32,000 nt of DNA from Paracoccus suum (GTDB lineage Bacteria; Pseudomonadota; Alphaproteobacteria; Rhodobacterales; Rhodobacteraceae), in the NCBI RefSeq assembly GCF_003324675.1, contig NZ_CP030918.1, positions 2,190,001 to 2,222,000 on the forward strand. Reading direction: 5' to 3'. Below are positions 1 to 10,587 of this stretch, in pieces. The position numbers and the translations under genes were made by a program. The stretch's first letter is position 1. The number at the start of each line of letters is the position of its first letter. Below the pieces are notes generated by a model, which saw only the letters and a program-made list of their open reading frames with translations, made no database searches and was not told the DNA's origin.

Positions 1-666
1 CTGATCGATTTCGAGGGCATGGGGAACAGCTTCCTCAAGGGTCAGTGGCGCATCCACCAGAACTTCCTGCCGGAAGGCTATTTGGGTGCCTCGGACGACA
101 ACTCGTGGAAGTTTGATGTCGAGGCCGCGAAGAAGATCCTGGCCGATGCCGGCGTGACCTCGGGCACGATTACCACCAAGATCCGCGACCTGCCGGAATA
201 TATCAACATTGCCCAGACCTTGCAGGCCGCGATGGCCGAGGCCGGCCTGACGTTGAACATCGAGCAGATGACCGGCGCGCAGGTGCTGGACGCTTATCGC
301 GCGCGGCAGGTGCCGATCTTCATCGGCGAGTGGGGTCCGGACTATTCCGACCCGCAGACGAACGCGAGCGCCTTTGCGCTGAACCCGGACAACGCGGCCG
401 AGAAGGGCTCGACCATTGCCTGGCGCAACTCCTACGCCGTCCCGCAGGAGATGCAGGACAAGGTGAACGCCGCGCTGCTGGAGCCCGACAGCGACAAGCG
501 CAAGCAGATGTATATCGAGATCCAGAAGGAATTTCACGACACCGCGCCGATCATGCCGCTGTTCCAGCGGGTCGAGCAGGTCGGCATGCAGAAGGGCGTG
601 AAGGACTGGTCCGGCGGCGGCTCGGTGGCCTGGGTGATGTACAAGCAGGTCAGCAAGGGCGAGTAA
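1..666 (+). CDS. ABC transporter substrate-binding protein, peptide/nickel (family 5) type, C-terminal part; 5' end lies outside the window
   Basis: Frame 1 is open from base 1 (LIDFEG precedes the first Met at 19). The C-terminal sequence looks like a family-5 SBP, including GEWGPDYSDPQTNASAF. Two permease and two ATPase genes follow immediately. Confidence 0.8.
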   Translation: MIDFEGMGNSFLKGQWRIHQNFLPEGYLGASDDNSWKFDVEAAKKILADAGVTSGTITTKIRDLPEYINIAQTLQAAMAEAGLTLNIEQMTGAQVLDAYRARQVPIFIGEWGPDYSDPQTNASAFALNPDNAAEKGSTIAWRNSYAVPQEMQDKVNAALLEPDSDKRKQMYIEIQKEFHDTAPIMPLFQRVEQVGMQKGVKDWSGGGSVAWVMYKQVSKGE

Positions 667-669
667 GTC

Positions 670-1752
670 TTGTCCGTCACAGACACCGGCGGGGGGCAGC
701 AGGCGCTGCCGCCGAAGGCGCCGCGCGGCGCGACCCGGACGGGACGGCGCCTCAGAAAAACCGGTGGCTTGCTGCTGTCCCTGCTGCTGACGCTGCTGGG
801 CCTGCTGCTGGTGACCTTCATCATCGGCCGGGTGATGCCTATCGACCCCGTGATGAAGGTGGTGGGCGAGCGTGCCTCGCCCGCGCAGATCGAGGCGGCG
901 CGCGTGGCCATGGGCCTCGACAAGCCGCTGATCGTTCAGTTCTTCAATTATATGGGCGATGTCCTGCGCGGCGATTTCGGTCGCTCGATCTCGACCGGGC
1001 ATCCGGTGGCCGAGGATCTGCGCCGCGTGTTCCCCGCCACGCTGGAACTGGCGAGCCTCGGCACATTGATCGGCGTCTTCGTCGGCATCCCGCTGGGCGT
1101 GATTGCCGCCGCCAATCGCGGCGGATGGATCGACCAGGTCGCGCGGGTAGTCGCGCTCGTTGGCTATTCGGTGCCGATCTTCTGGCTGGGACTTATGGGC
1201 CTGCTTGTGTTCTACGGCATCCTCGGCTGGGTGGGGGGACCGGGGCGGCAGGACATCATTTATGACGGCATGGTCACGACCCACACGGGCCTGTTGCTGA
1301 TCGACACCCTGATCGCCGGCGACTGGGGTGCGTTCCGCGATGCCTTCAGCCACATCATCCTGCCGGCGTCCCTGCTCGGCTACTTCAGCCTCGCCTACAT
1401 CAGCCGCATGACGCGCAGCTTCATGCTGGAGCAGCTGTCGGCCGAATACATCACCACTGCGCGCGTCAAGGGGCTGAGCGAGAGCAAGGTCATCTGGCGC
1501 CATGCTTTCGGCAATATCCTGGTGCCACTGATCACCGTCATCGCTCTCAGCTTCGGCTCGCTGCTGGAAGGCTCGGTCCTGACCGAGATCATCTTCAGCT
1601 GGCCCGGCATCGGCAGCTACATCACCAAGACGCTGCTGGCCGGCGACATGAACGCGGTCCTTGGCGGCACGATTGTCGTCGGCACCTGCTTTGTGGCGCT
1701 GAACCTGCTGAGCGACATCCTTTACCGCGTGATGGACCCGAGGGCGCAGTGA
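670..1752 (+). CDS. ABC transporter permease (DppB/OppB-like)
   Basis: Multiple hydrophobic segments. The conserved EAA-type loop region YITTARVKGLSESKVIWRHAFGN is present. TTG start lies 3 nt after the SBP stop; the true start is uncertain and an internal start is possible. Confidence 0.85.
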   Translation: MSVTDTGGGQQALPPKAPRGATRTGRRLRKTGGLLLSLLLTLLGLLLVTFIIGRVMPIDPVMKVVGERASPAQIEAARVAMGLDKPLIVQFFNYMGDVLRGDFGRSISTGHPVAEDLRRVFPATLELASLGTLIGVFVGIPLGVIAAANRGGWIDQVARVVALVGYSVPIFWLGLMGLLVFYGILGWVGGPGRQDIIYDGMVTTHTGLLLIDTLIAGDWGAFRDAFSHIILPASLLGYFSLAYISRMTRSFMLEQLSAEYITTARVKGLSESKVIWRHAFGNILVPLITVIALSFGSLLEGSVLTEIIFSWPGIGSYITKTLLAGDMNAVLGGTIVVGTCFVALNLLSDILYRVMDPRAQ

Positions 1753-2675
1753 CCGACATCATGACCAATTCCCAGCCGACGCTGCGCGCCTGGCTGCTGA
1801 GCCCCGCGCCCCAGACCGCGCGGCAGGCCCGGCTTGGCGCCATCTACCAGGGTTGGCTGGTGTTCCGCTCGAACCATCTTGCGGTGCTCGGGCTGATCAT
1901 CCTGATCCTGCTGATTGGCATGGCGATATTTGCGCCGCAACTGGCGCCCTATAGCCCGTTCGCGCAGCGCTTGCCTGACCGCCTGCAGCCGCCCTCGTCG
2001 GCGCATTGGCTGGGCACGGACGCGCTGGGCCGGGACATCCTGTCGCGGCTGATCTGGGGCAGCCGGATCACGCTGTTCATCGTCGGCACCGTCGCCCTGA
2101 TCTCACCGCTGATCGGGCTGCTGGTCGGGACGATCGCCGGCTTTGCCGGTGGCTGGGTCGACCAGGTCCTGATGCGGATCACCGACATTTTCCTGGCGTT
2201 CCCGAAGCTGATCCTGGCACTGGCCTTTGTCGCGGCGCTTGGCCCCAGCGTGACCAATGCGGTGCTGGCCCTCGCGATCACCGGCTGGCCGCCCTACGCC
2301 CGCCTGTCGCGGGCCGAGACGCTGACCATCCGCAACGCCGATTTCATCGCCGCAGCGCGGATGCAGGGGGCAGGACGCCTGCGCCTGCTGATCGGACATA
2401 TCTGGCCGCTATGCTTGTCCTCGCTGATCGTGCGGGTCGCGCTGGATATGGCGGGGATCATCCTGTCGGCCGCCGGCCTCGGCTTTCTCGGCCTCGGGGC
2501 GCAGCCGCCGGCGCCGGAATGGGGGGCCATGATCTCGGACGGGCGGACCTATATCCTTGATTTCTGGTGGGTGGCGGCCATGCCGGGTATCGCCATCTTC
2601 ATGGTCAGCCTCGCCTTCAACTTCCTCGGTGATGGGCTGCGCGATGTTCTCGATCCCAAGGGGTCCAAGGAATGA
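1749..2675 (+). CDS. ABC transporter permease (DppC/OppC-like)
   Basis: GTG at 1749 overlaps the upstream TGA (GTGA). Typical OppC N-terminus (HWLGTDALGRDILSRL) and the motif FIAAARMQGAGRLRLLIGHIWP. An alternative ATG lies at 1761. Confidence 0.85.
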   Translation: MTDIMTNSQPTLRAWLLSPAPQTARQARLGAIYQGWLVFRSNHLAVLGLIILILLIGMAIFAPQLAPYSPFAQRLPDRLQPPSSAHWLGTDALGRDILSRLIWGSRITLFIVGTVALISPLIGLLVGTIAGFAGGWVDQVLMRITDIFLAFPKLILALAFVAALGPSVTNAVLALAITGWPPYARLSRAETLTIRNADFIAAARMQGAGRLRLLIGHIWPLCLSSLIVRVALDMAGIILSAAGLGFLGLGAQPPAPEWGAMISDGRTYILDFWWVAAMPGIAIFMVSLAFNFLGDGLRDVLDPKGSKE

Positions 2676-3562
2676 GCGGCGCTCCGATCCTCAGCGTGCG
2701 CGATCTACGCGTGACCTTTCCGACGCGGCAGGGCCCGTTCGAGGCGGTGCGCGGCATAAGCTTTGACCTCGGGCGCGAGCGTCTGGGCGTGGTCGGCGAA
2801 TCCGGCAGCGGCAAGTCGATGACCGGCCGCGCCATCCTTGGACTGGTACGGCCGCCCGGCCGCGTGACCGCCGCGCGGATGGAACTGGACGGCGAGAATA
2901 TCCTGAACCTGCCCGAACGGCAGATGCGATCCATTCGCGGCAACCGCATCAGCATGGTCATGCAGGACCCAAAGTTCAGTCTGAATCCGGTGATGCGCGT
3001 CGGCGACCAGATCGTCGAGGCCTACCGCCTGCACGCCGGCGGCAGCCGCGTCGAGGCCCGTGCCAAGGCGATGGAGATGCTGCGCGCGGTCCGCATCCGC
3101 GACCCTGAGCGTGTTTATGACGCCTATCCGCACGAGGTGTCCGGCGGCATGGGCCAGCGGATCATGATCGCAATGATGCTCGCACCCAACCCCGAGGTGC
3201 TGATCGCCGACGAGCCGACCTCGGCCCTCGATGTGTCGGTCCGTAGCGAGGTCCTGCGGATCATGGACGATCTGGTCCAGGACCGCGGCATGGGACTGAT
3301 CTTCATCAGCCATGACCTGCATCTCGTCTCGCAGTTCTGCGACCGCGTGCTGATCATGTATGCCGGCCGCGTGGTCGAGACACTTACGGCATCACGCCTT
3401 CACGAGGCGCGCCACCCCTATACGCGCGGCCTGCTCAGCAGCCTGCCGCAGCTGTACGCCCCCGTCGACCGGCTGCCCGTGCTGGACCGCAAGCCCGAGT
3501 GGCGCGACGGCGCGATCATCGAGGACAGCATGATCGAAGCCTTTCCGGGTGGCATCCGATGA
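2672..3562 (+). CDS. ABC transporter ATP-binding protein (DppD/OppD-like)
   Basis: Walker A GESGSGKS, signature VSGGMGQR, Walker B LIADEPTSALD. ATGA overlap with the upstream permease. Confidence 0.9.
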   Translation: MSGAPILSVRDLRVTFPTRQGPFEAVRGISFDLGRERLGVVGESGSGKSMTGRAILGLVRPPGRVTAARMELDGENILNLPERQMRSIRGNRISMVMQDPKFSLNPVMRVGDQIVEAYRLHAGGSRVEARAKAMEMLRAVRIRDPERVYDAYPHEVSGGMGQRIMIAMMLAPNPEVLIADEPTSALDVSVRSEVLRIMDDLVQDRGMGLIFISHDLHLVSQFCDRVLIMYAGRVVETLTASRLHEARHPYTRGLLSSLPQLYAPVDRLPVLDRKPEWRDGAIIEDSMIEAFPGGIR

Positions 3563-4338
3563 GCGGTGCCGTGCCCGACCCCGTGATCCAGATCCGCGAT
3601 CTGAGCGTCTGGTTCGGCGATCCGCCCGAACGTGTCGATGCGGTTCGCGGCGTGTCGCTGGACGTGGCGCGGGGCGAAAGCTTCGGCCTTGTGGGCGAGA
3701 GCGGGTCGGGCAAGTCCACCATCCTGCGCGCCATCGCCGGCCTGATCCCGACCTGGTCGGGCAACATCACCGTCGATGGCGAGGAGCTGTCGGGTATCCG
3801 GCGCAGCCCGACGTTCAAGGGCCGGGTGCAGATGGTGTTTCAGGACCCCTATGCCAGCCTGCATCCCCGGCACACGATTGACGCGGTGCTGCGCGAAACC
3901 CTGCATCTGCAGGGCAAGACCGATGTGGACGCCCGCATCGACCAGTTGCTGCAGCAGGTCGGCCTCGGGGGCGGGTTCCGCTTTCGCTATCCGCATCAGC
4001 TGTCCGGCGGCCAGCGGCAGCGGGTCGCCATCGCGCGCGCGCTTGCGGCCGAGCCCGAGGTGCTGCTGCTGGACGAGCCGACCTCGGCCCTTGATGTTTC
4101 GGTTCAGGCCGAGATCCTGAACCTGCTGGCCGACCTGCGTGCCGAGCATGGCCTCAGCTACGTCATGGTCAGCCATGACCTCGCGGTGGTCGGGCACCTC
4201 TGCGAGCGTCTGGCTGTCATGCAGCAGGGCCAGATCGTCGAGACGCTGACGGTCGAGGCGTTGCGCGCGGGATCGGTCGCGCAGGATTACACGCGCCATC
4301 TGCTGGATGCCTCGACCACCTACCGCCGGTCGGCCTGA
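3559..4338 (+). CDS. ABC transporter ATP-binding protein (DppF/OppF-like)
   Basis: Walker A GESGSGKST, signature LSGGQRQR, Walker B LLLDEPTSALD. I place the start at ATG 3559, which forms an ATGA overlap with the previous stop, rather than at the track start 3499. Confidence 0.9.
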   Translation: MSGAVPDPVIQIRDLSVWFGDPPERVDAVRGVSLDVARGESFGLVGESGSGKSTILRAIAGLIPTWSGNITVDGEELSGIRRSPTFKGRVQMVFQDPYASLHPRHTIDAVLRETLHLQGKTDVDARIDQLLQQVGLGGGFRFRYPHQLSGGQRQRVAIARALAAEPEVLLLDEPTSALDVSVQAEILNLLADLRAEHGLSYVMVSHDLAVVGHLCERLAVMQQGQIVETLTVEALRAGSVAQDYTRHLLDASTTYRRSA

Positions 4339-4466
4339 ACAGCGGCTTTCCCGCAACATCACGGCACCCTGATTTTGTGTTCCGCACCAGCCGCTACCCA
4401 AGCCCTTTGGGCCAACCTATAGTCATGGGGTCCAGCGCGGCACGGCCGCCGAGATGAGGGGTCCTG

Positions 4467-4931
4467 ATGCGCTGTCCGTTCTGCGGCAATATCGACACTC
4501 AGGTAAAGGACTCGCGCCCGGCCGAGGATAACGTCGCCATCCGCAGGCGCCGCTTTTGCCCGGCCTGCGGCGGGCGGTTCACCACTTACGAGCGGGTCCA
4601 GTTGCGCGATCTTGTGGTCATCAAATCGTCCGGCCGCCGTGAGGATTTCGATCGGGACAAGTTGTCGCGCTCGATCCGGATCGCCATGCAGAAGCGGCCG
4701 CTGGAACCCGAACGGATCGACCAGATGATCTCCGGCATCGTGCGCCGGCTGGAATCGCTGGGCGAGACGGACATACCCTCCAAGACCATCGGCGAGATCG
4801 TCATGGAGACGCTGGCCCGGATCGATACCGTGGGTTACGTCCGTTTCGCCAGTGTTTACAAGAATTTCCAAGCCGCTGACGACTTTGACCGCTTCGTGGC
4901 CGAACTGCGCCCCCAGACGGGAGATGCGTGA
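4467..4931 (+). CDS. nrdR: Transcriptional repressor NrdR
   Basis: N-terminal zinc ribbon MRCPFCG...[12 protein letters not shown] followed by an ATP-cone. Size is 154 aa. The gene sits directly upstream of ribD, which is the usual arrangement. Confidence 0.95.
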   Translation: MRCPFCGNIDTQVKDSRPAEDNVAIRRRRFCPACGGRFTTYERVQLRDLVVIKSSGRREDFDRDKLSRSIRIAMQKRPLEPERIDQMISGIVRRLESLGETDIPSKTIGEIVMETLARIDTVGYVRFASVYKNFQAADDFDRFVAELRPQTGDA

Positions 4932-5998
4932 GTGTGCCTGATCCGGATGCGCTGAACGGGCCCATGGACCACGCGCTGCGACTGGCGGCGCGCGGTCTGG
5001 GCAATGTCTGGCCAAATCCCGCTGTCGGTTGCGTTATCCTCGATGCCGGGGGCCTCGTCGCCGGGCGGGGCTGGACGCAGCCCGGTGGCCGCCCCCATGC
5101 CGAGGTCAGGGCCTTGTCGCAGGCCGGCGAGCGGGCGCGCGGCGGCATCGCCTTTGTCACGCTCGAGCCCTGTGCCCACCATGGCAAGACACCCCCCTGC
5201 GCCGAGGCCCTGATCGCGGCGGGCGTCGCCCATGTCGTAACCGCGATGACCGACCCAGATCCCCGGGTCGCCGGTCGTGGCCACGACATGCTGCGCTCGG
5301 CCGGCATCCGCGTTACCGAGGGCGTGCGCGGCACCGAGGCCGCGCGACTGAACCGCGGCTTTGTGCGCCGCGTCACGCAAGGACTGCCGCTTGTCACGCT
5401 GAAGCTCGCAGCCTCGCTCGACGGCCGGATCGCAACGGCCTCAGGGCAGAGCCAGTGGATCACCGGCCCGGAGGCGCGGCGCGCCGTCCATGCCCTGCGC
5501 CTGTCGCACGACGCGGTGCTGGTCGGCGGCGGCACCGCACGCGCCGACCTGCCACGCCTCGATGTGCGTGGCCTTGGCACGATGCGCCAGCCGGTCCGCG
5601 CGGTCCTCTCGAGCGGCCCGCTGCCGGTCCTGCCGCAGACGGGCGCACCATTCTGGCACCTGCACGGGGCCGCCGATCCTACCGCCGACGGTGCCAAGGG
5701 CGTCGTCATTTCAACCGCCGAAGGTCGCCTGGACATTGATGCCGCACTTCGCGCGCTGGCAGAGCGGGGCATCACGCGCGTGCTTTGCGAAGGGGGCGGG
5801 ACGCTCGCCGCCGCGCTGATCCATGCCGGCCGGATTGATGATCTGGTGCTGCACAGCGCCGGCATGATCCTCGGCGGCGACGGCGCCGCGGCGATTGGCC
5901 CGATGTCGCTGGACGCCCTCAGCGGCGCGCCGCGGTTCCGCTTGATTGGAACCCGCCGATTGGGCCCGGACCTCGAACAGACCTGGACCGCAGCCTGA
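4928..5998 (+). CDS. ribD: Bifunctional riboflavin biosynthesis protein RibD (pyrimidine deaminase / uracil reductase)
   Basis: Deaminase zinc motifs HAEVRAL and [15 protein letters not shown]-terminal reductase domain is present ([11 protein letters not shown]). GTG 4928 overlaps the nrdR TGA; an in-frame ATG at 4964 is an alternative start. Confidence 0.9.
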   Translation: MSVPDPDALNGPMDHALRLAARGLGNVWPNPAVGCVILDAGGLVAGRGWTQPGGRPHAEVRALSQAGERARGGIAFVTLEPCAHHGKTPPCAEALIAAGVAHVVTAMTDPDPRVAGRGHDMLRSAGIRVTEGVRGTEAARLNRGFVRRVTQGLPLVTLKLAASLDGRIATASGQSQWITGPEARRAVHALRLSHDAVLVGGGTARADLPRLDVRGLGTMRQPVRAVLSSGPLPVLPQTGAPFWHLHGAADPTADGAKGVVISTAEGRLDIDAALRALAERGITRVLCEGGGTLAAALIHAGRIDDLVLHSAGMILGGDGAAAIGPMSLDALSGAPRFRLIGTRRLGPDLEQTWTAA

Positions 5999-6087
5999 CG
6001 CGCCGGCGCGTTCCCTTGCCGCCGCGCCACCGCTCGCCACCTTGCCAGCCCCGCGCGCGGTTGCTACCCACGGGGCCACCCTGCTGG

Positions 6088-6597
6088 ATGGACCGCGACA
6101 TGCCCGATACCCCCCAAAACCCTGCCCAGCCATCCACGACCGAGGCCGATCTCGCCCTGATCAAACGGATCATCCCGCACCGCTACCCCTTCCTTTTTAT
6201 CGACAAGGTGACCGGCATCGTGCCGAACAGCCGCGCCGTCGGGATCAAGAACGTCACCTGCAACGAGCCGCATTTTCAGGGCCATTTTCCGGATCGCCCG
6301 ATCATGCCGGGCGTCACCATCATCGAGGCAATGGCCCAGACCGCCGCCGTTCTGGTCGGCATCAGCATGGATCTGGTCGACAAGTCGGCGCTGACCTATT
6401 TCATGGCCATCGACGATTGCCGGTTCCGCCGGATGGTCGTTCCCGGCGATGTGCTGTCGCTGGAGGTCGAGGTGGTGCGCGGCGGCGGCAAGGTCTGGAA
6501 ATTCAGCGGCCGGGCAACGGTCGATGGGCAGCCGGCGGCCGAGGCGAATTTCACGGCCATGATGGACCTCAAGGGCGACGCCGGCCGCAATGGCTGA
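6088..6597 (+). CDS. fabZ: 3-hydroxyacyl-ACP dehydratase FabZ
   Basis: Motifs [13 protein letters not shown] and [15 protein letters not shown]. The track start 6016 adds an Arg/Pro-rich extension that is implausible. ATG 6088 or ATG 6100 gives the normal size of about 165 aa. Confidence 0.88.
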   Translation: MDRDMPDTPQNPAQPSTTEADLALIKRIIPHRYPFLFIDKVTGIVPNSRAVGIKNVTCNEPHFQGHFPDRPIMPGVTIIEAMAQTAAVLVGISMDLVDKSALTYFMAIDDCRFRRMVVPGDVLSLEVEVVRGGGKVWKFSGRATVDGQPAAEANFTAMMDLKGDAGRNG

Positions 6598-7387
6598 CAC
6601 CCGTATTCACCCGACGTCCGTGATCGCGCCCGGCGCCGAGATCGGCGTGGGGGCCGAGGTCGGGCCGTTCTGCGTCATCGGCCCCGAGGTGGTTCTGCAC
6701 GACGGCGCGGTGCTGAAATCGCATGTCGTCGTCTCCGGCCAGACCGAGATCGGTCCGGGCACCGTCATCTTTCCCTTTGCCAGCATCGGCGAGGCGCCGC
6801 AGGATCTGAAGTTCCGCGGCGAGCGCACACGCCTTGTCATCGGGGCCCGCAACCGCATCCGCGAGCATGTGACGATGAACCCCGGGACCGAGGGCGGCGG
6901 CGGCGAGACGCGCGTCGGCGACGATGGCCTCTACATGACCGGCTGTCACGTCGCCCATGACTGCCAGGTCGGCGACCGCGTGGTGCTGGTCAACCACGTT
7001 GCCCTCGCCGGGCATGTCAGCATCGGTGACGACGTGGTGGTCGGCGGCCTCTCGGGCGTGCACCAGTTCGTGCGCATCGGCCAGGGCGCGATGATCGGCG
7101 CACTCAGCATGGTGACGGCCGACGTCATCCCCTTCGGCTTGGTGCAGGGCCCGCGAGCGCGGCTGGATGGGCTGAACATCATCGGCCTCAAGCGTCACGG
7201 CGCATCGCGCAGCGAGTTGTCGGCCTTGCGCGCGATGCTGGCGGCTCTGGGCCACGGGCCGTTCCGCGAGGCGGCCCGCGGCCTTGCCGGTCAGCCGGAT
7301 GCAGGCCCACGTGAGCGCGCCATCCTCGATTTCATCCTCGGCCCCAGCGAGCGCAGTTTTCTGACGCCCCTCGGCGGCGCCGAGTGA
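6590..7387 (+). CDS. lpxA: Acyl-ACP--UDP-N-acetylglucosamine O-acyltransferase LpxA
   Basis: Left-handed beta-helix hexapeptide repeats starting from [15 protein letters not shown]-terminal [10 protein letters not shown] region. The start overlaps the fabZ stop by 8 nt. Confidence 0.92.
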   Translation: MADTRIHPTSVIAPGAEIGVGAEVGPFCVIGPEVVLHDGAVLKSHVVVSGQTEIGPGTVIFPFASIGEAPQDLKFRGERTRLVIGARNRIREHVTMNPGTEGGGGETRVGDDGLYMTGCHVAHDCQVGDRVVLVNHVALAGHVSIGDDVVVGGLSGVHQFVRIGQGAMIGALSMVTADVIPFGLVQGPRARLDGLNIIGLKRHGASRSELSALRAMLAALGHGPFREAARGLAGQPDAGPRERAILDFILGPSERSFLTPLGGAE

Positions 7388-8193
7388 TGCCGGGGACCCC
7401 CGAAGCCAACCGCACCGCTATCATCGCCGGCTCCGGCGGCTTGGCTGCCGAGGTCGCGGCAGGCCTGGACGCGCCAATTGTCGCCGCGCTGGAGGGCTTT
7501 GCCCCCGACGGCATCGCGGCCGAGACCTTCCGGCTCGAGCGGTTGATCCCGTTCCTCGACGGCCTGATGGATCGGGGCGTGACCCGGGTCGTGTTCGCTG
7601 GCGCCGTCCGCCGCCCGGCGCTCGATCCTGAGGCGTTCGACCCGTTGACCGCACGGCTGGTGCCGCGGATCGCCATGGCGATGCGTCAGGGCGACGATGC
7701 CGCACTGCGCGAGCTGATCGCCATCTTCGAGGACGCCGGCCTGGCCGTCGCGGGCCTCAGGGAGGTCGCGCCGCAATTGTTGCCGGCCTCGGGCATCCTC
7801 GCCGGCCGGGTCACCGCGGCCGACGATGCAGACGCCTCCCGCGCCGCCGAGGTCGTCGCCACCCTCGGCGCGCTCGACATCGGCCAGGGGGCAGTCGTCG
7901 CCGGCGGGCTGACGCTGGCGGTCGAGACACTGCCGGGCACCGCGGCGATGCTGGAATTCACTGCCCAGAGCCGCTCCGGTCGCGGAGGGGTGCTGTGGAA
8001 AGCGCCCAAGCCCGGCCAGGACCTGCGTATCGACCTGCCGGCCATTGGGCCCGACACCATCGACCAGGTGGCCGCCGCCAAACTGAACGGAATTGCCTGG
8101 CGCGCCGGTCACGCGGTGCTGCTGGACCGAGAGCGGACCATGGCGGCGGCGGAGGCAGCAGGGCTGTTCCTGTGGTCCCGCCCGGATGACTGA
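7387..8193 (+). CDS. lpxI: UDP-2,3-diacylglucosamine pyrophosphatase LpxI (DUF1009 family)
   Basis: Position between lpxA and lpxB matches the alphaproteobacterial arrangement where LpxI replaces LpxH. C-terminal DLPAIGPDTIDQVAAAKLNGIAWRAG...GLFLW. ATG 7387 abuts the lpxA TGA (TGATG); the track start GTG 7384 is one codon earlier. Confidence 0.8.
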   Translation: MPGTPEANRTAIIAGSGGLAAEVAAGLDAPIVAALEGFAPDGIAAETFRLERLIPFLDGLMDRGVTRVVFAGAVRRPALDPEAFDPLTARLVPRIAMAMRQGDDAALRELIAIFEDAGLAVAGLREVAPQLLPASGILAGRVTAADDADASRAAEVVATLGALDIGQGAVVAGGLTLAVETLPGTAAMLEFTAQSRSGRGGVLWKAPKPGQDLRIDLPAIGPDTIDQVAAAKLNGIAWRAGHAVLLDRERTMAAAEAAGLFLWSRPDD

Positions 8194-9394
8194 CCCGGTA
8201 TCACAAGCCGATGCCGGCCCGCGGGTGTTCCTGATCGCGGCCGAGCCCTCGGGCGATCGCCTCGGCGCCGCGCTTATGAAGGGATTGTCAGAGCTCGCTC
8301 CCGGTACCCGGTTCGACGGCATCGGCGGCCCCGAGATGGGTGCCCTCGGTCTCGAATCCCGCGTGCCCATGTCCGAACTCGCGGTCATGGGCCTGTGGGA
8401 GGTGCTGCCCCGCTACCGCGCACTCAAGCGGCGGATTTCCCAGACAGCGCAGGCAATCACCGAGATCCGGCCCGATGTGTTGATCACCATCGACGCGCCG
8501 GACTTCGGCCTGCGGGTTGCCCGCCTGGCACGCGGCGTGCGACCCGATCTGGCGACCGTCCATTACGTCGCGCCCTCAGTCTGGGCGTGGCGCCCCGGCC
8601 GGGCGAGCCGCATGGCCGAGGTCATCGACCACGTCCTGGCACTGCTGCCGTTCGAGCCGCCGCTGATGCGGGCGGCCGGAATGTCTTGCGATTTCACCGG
8701 CCATCCCGTGGTTGCCGAGCCCCGCGCCACCCCGGAGGAGGCGGCAGCGTTTCGAGCTGAGGTCGGGCCCGGCCCGCTAATGCTTGTCCTGCCTGGCTCG
8801 CGCATGGGAGAGGTGACGCGGCTTGGCCCGCGCTTCGCGCGCGCGGTTGAACTGCTGCGCGAGAAGAACCCGCGTCTGAGCGCGGTCGTGCCCACCGTGC
8901 CGCATGTCGCCGATGCCGTCAGGGCGATGTTCCCGCAGGCGCGGGTGGTCACAGATGCACAGGAAAAGCGCGCGGCCTTTGCCGCGGCCGACCTGGCCCT
9001 TGCTGCCTCGGGGACGGTCAGTCTGGAGCTTGCGGCCAACGATGTGCCGATGGTCATCGGTTATGACATGGCGCCGCTGACCCGCTGGATCATGGGCCGC
9101 CTGATCCGCACGGACACCGTGACGCTGGTCAACCTCGTCTCGGAGACGCGCGCGGTACCGGAGTTTCTGGGACGCGCCTGCCAGCCCGAAACATTGGCGG
9201 CTGCGGTACAGCGGCTGTTGAGCGACCCGGCAGCCGTCGTCGAGCAGCGCGCGGCGATGGCGCTGACGATGCAGAGGCTGGGGCAGTGCGGTCCGCTGCC
9301 CGGGGTGCGGGCTGCGGCCTCGGTGCTGGCCTATTTGGACCGGCGGGCCACGATCCAGCCGCCGCCGAACACCCGACTGCCATCCAGCGCATAG
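8186..9394 (+). CDS. lpxB: Lipid-A-disaccharide synthase LpxB
   Basis: N-terminal [10 protein letters not shown] motif and glycosyltransferase-B fold length. ATG 8186 overlaps the lpxI stop by 8 nt (lpxI TGA at 8191-8193). The track start 8093 lies inside lpxI. The 3' end overlaps mnmA on the opposite strand by 64 nt. Confidence 0.9.
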   Translation: MTDPVSQADAGPRVFLIAAEPSGDRLGAALMKGLSELAPGTRFDGIGGPEMGALGLESRVPMSELAVMGLWEVLPRYRALKRRISQTAQAITEIRPDVLITIDAPDFGLRVARLARGVRPDLATVHYVAPSVWAWRPGRASRMAEVIDHVLALLPFEPPLMRAAGMSCDFTGHPVVAEPRATPEEAAAFRAEVGPGPLMLVLPGSRMGEVTRLGPRFARAVELLREKNPRLSAVVPTVPHVADAVRAMFPQARVVTDAQEKRAAFAAADLALAASGTVSLELAANDVPMVIGYDMAPLTRWIMGRLIRTDTVTLVNLVSETRAVPEFLGRACQPETLAAAVQRLLSDPAAVVEQRAAMALTMQRLGQCGPLPGVRAAASVLAYLDRRATIQPPPNTRLPSSA

Positions 9395-10500
9395 AACACG
9401 CAGGCCTGGCCAGGGCTGACGCCTTCCTCGGGGTCCAGCAACTCGACCTCGGCCGTGCGCCGGCCTGTCGCGCGCAGGATCGCTGGCACCGGCAGGCGTG
9501 TAGAGCGCACGCGCACGGCGATGTGCCGCTCGGGCACCGCGTCAAAGGCCTCGTCGCCAAGCCAGTTCACCTCGCCCACTGGCACAATGCTGGTCGCGAG
9601 CGCCGATTTGGGACCGACAATGACCTGCCGCGCCGCCGGATCGAGGCGCACGACATACATCGGCTCTGCCAACCCGCCGATGCCGAGACCGCGGCGCTGC
9701 CCAACGGTGTAGCGAATCACGCCCTGATGCGCGCCGACGACATTCCCCGCCTGATCCACAATCTCGCCCGGCTCGCCAGCGCCGGGGCGCAGCTTTTCGA
9801 TGACGCTGGCATAATCGCCGTTCGGCACGAAGCAGATATCCTGGCTGTCGGGCTTGTCCGCCACCGCAAGGCCATAGCGTGCCGCGAGCGCCCGCGTTTC
9901 GGACTTGTTGGCGAGGCCGCCCAGGGGAAAGCGAAGAAAATCCAGCTGTTCGGGGGTGGTCGAGAACAGGAAATAGCTCTGGTCGCGGGACGGGTCGGCG
10001 GCCATGTGCAGCTCGGGTCCGGCCGCGCCATCAACGCGGCGGATGTAATGACCCGTCGCCATGCAATCGGCGTCGAGATCGCGCGCCGTGGCGAGCAGGT
10101 CGCGAAACTTGACCCGCTCGTTGCAGCGGATGCAGGGAACGGGGGTAGCGCCGCCAAGATAGCTCTCGGCGAACTCCTCCATCACCGCTTCGCGGAACTT
10201 GTTTTCGTAATCAAGGACATAATGGGGCACACCGATGCGCTCTGCGACGCGGCGGGCATCATGAATGTCCTGCCCGGCGCAGCAGGCCCCCTTTTTCGCG
10301 AGCGCGGCCCCATGGTCATAGAGCTGAAGCGTGACGCCGATCACGTCATAGCCTTGCTCGGCCAGCATGGCCGCCACGACCGAACTGTCGACGCCGCCCG
10401 ACATGGCGACAACCACCCGCGTTTCCGCCGGAGATTTCGCAAAACCAAGCGAATTCACCGCATCGAGCGGCGCATCGGACATGGAAGCGGCGACGGTCAT
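9331..10500 (-). CDS. mnmA: tRNA 2-thiouridine(34) synthase MnmA
   Basis: PP-loop [13 protein letters not shown], a CCAGQD region, and catalytic-Cys contexts ([11 protein letters not shown]; SQDICF). Start set at ATG 10500 (MTVAASMSD...); ATG 10482 is also possible. The track start 10593 adds an unlikely leader. Confidence 0.92.
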   Translation of the reverse strand: MTVAASMSDAPLDAVNSLGFAKSPAETRVVVAMSGGVDSSVVAAMLAEQGYDVIGVTLQLYDHGAALAKKGACCAGQDIHDARRVAERIGVPHYVLDYENKFREAVMEEFAESYLGGATPVPCIRCNERVKFRDLLATARDLDADCMATGHYIRRVDGAAGPELHMAADPSRDQSYFLFSTTPEQLDFLRFPLGGLANKSETRALAARYGLAVADKPDSQDICFVPNGDYASVIEKLRPGAGEPGEIVDQAGNVVGAHQGVIRYTVGQRRGLGIGGLAEPMYVVRLDPAARQVIVGPKSALATSIVPVGEVNWLGDEAFDAVPERHIAVRVRSTRLPVPAILRATGRRTAEVELLDPEEGVSPGQACVFYALDGSRVFGGGWIVARRSK

Positions 10501-10557
10501 CGAAGGGTCCAATAAGTGGGGCAGGGCAGGAATGGGTAAAAGTAGAGGCACTAAGGG

Positions 10558-10587
10558 CGTCAAACAACCCCGCAACCGGGTTTGACG
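10558..10587. promoter_or_regulatory. 8-bp inverted repeat CGTCAAAC-N14-GTTTGACG in the divergent mnmA/sciP intergenic region; each arm reads TTGACG (-35-like) toward one gene
   Basis: Read directly from the sequence at 10558-10565 and 10580-10587. I could not identify convincing -10 elements. Confidence 0.3.

Noticed and set aside
4339-4966. Looked for an FMN (RFN) riboswitch upstream of ribD and for regulatory boxes upstream of nrdR.
   Set aside because: ribD overlaps the nrdR stop, so there is no leader. The 128-bp region before nrdR shows no conserved RFN-like helices or notable repeats.
6016-8185. Longer track starts for fabZ (6016) and lpxB (8093). Similar cases are mnmA (10593), sciP (10582), the IscU-like gene (16973), rplY (20190), the RTX gene (21534) and lldD (24371).
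   Set aside because: The extensions are non-conserved or Arg/Pro-rich, or they overlap the upstream gene. Downstream in-frame starts give canonical N-termini and usually have a better SD or a stop/start overlap.
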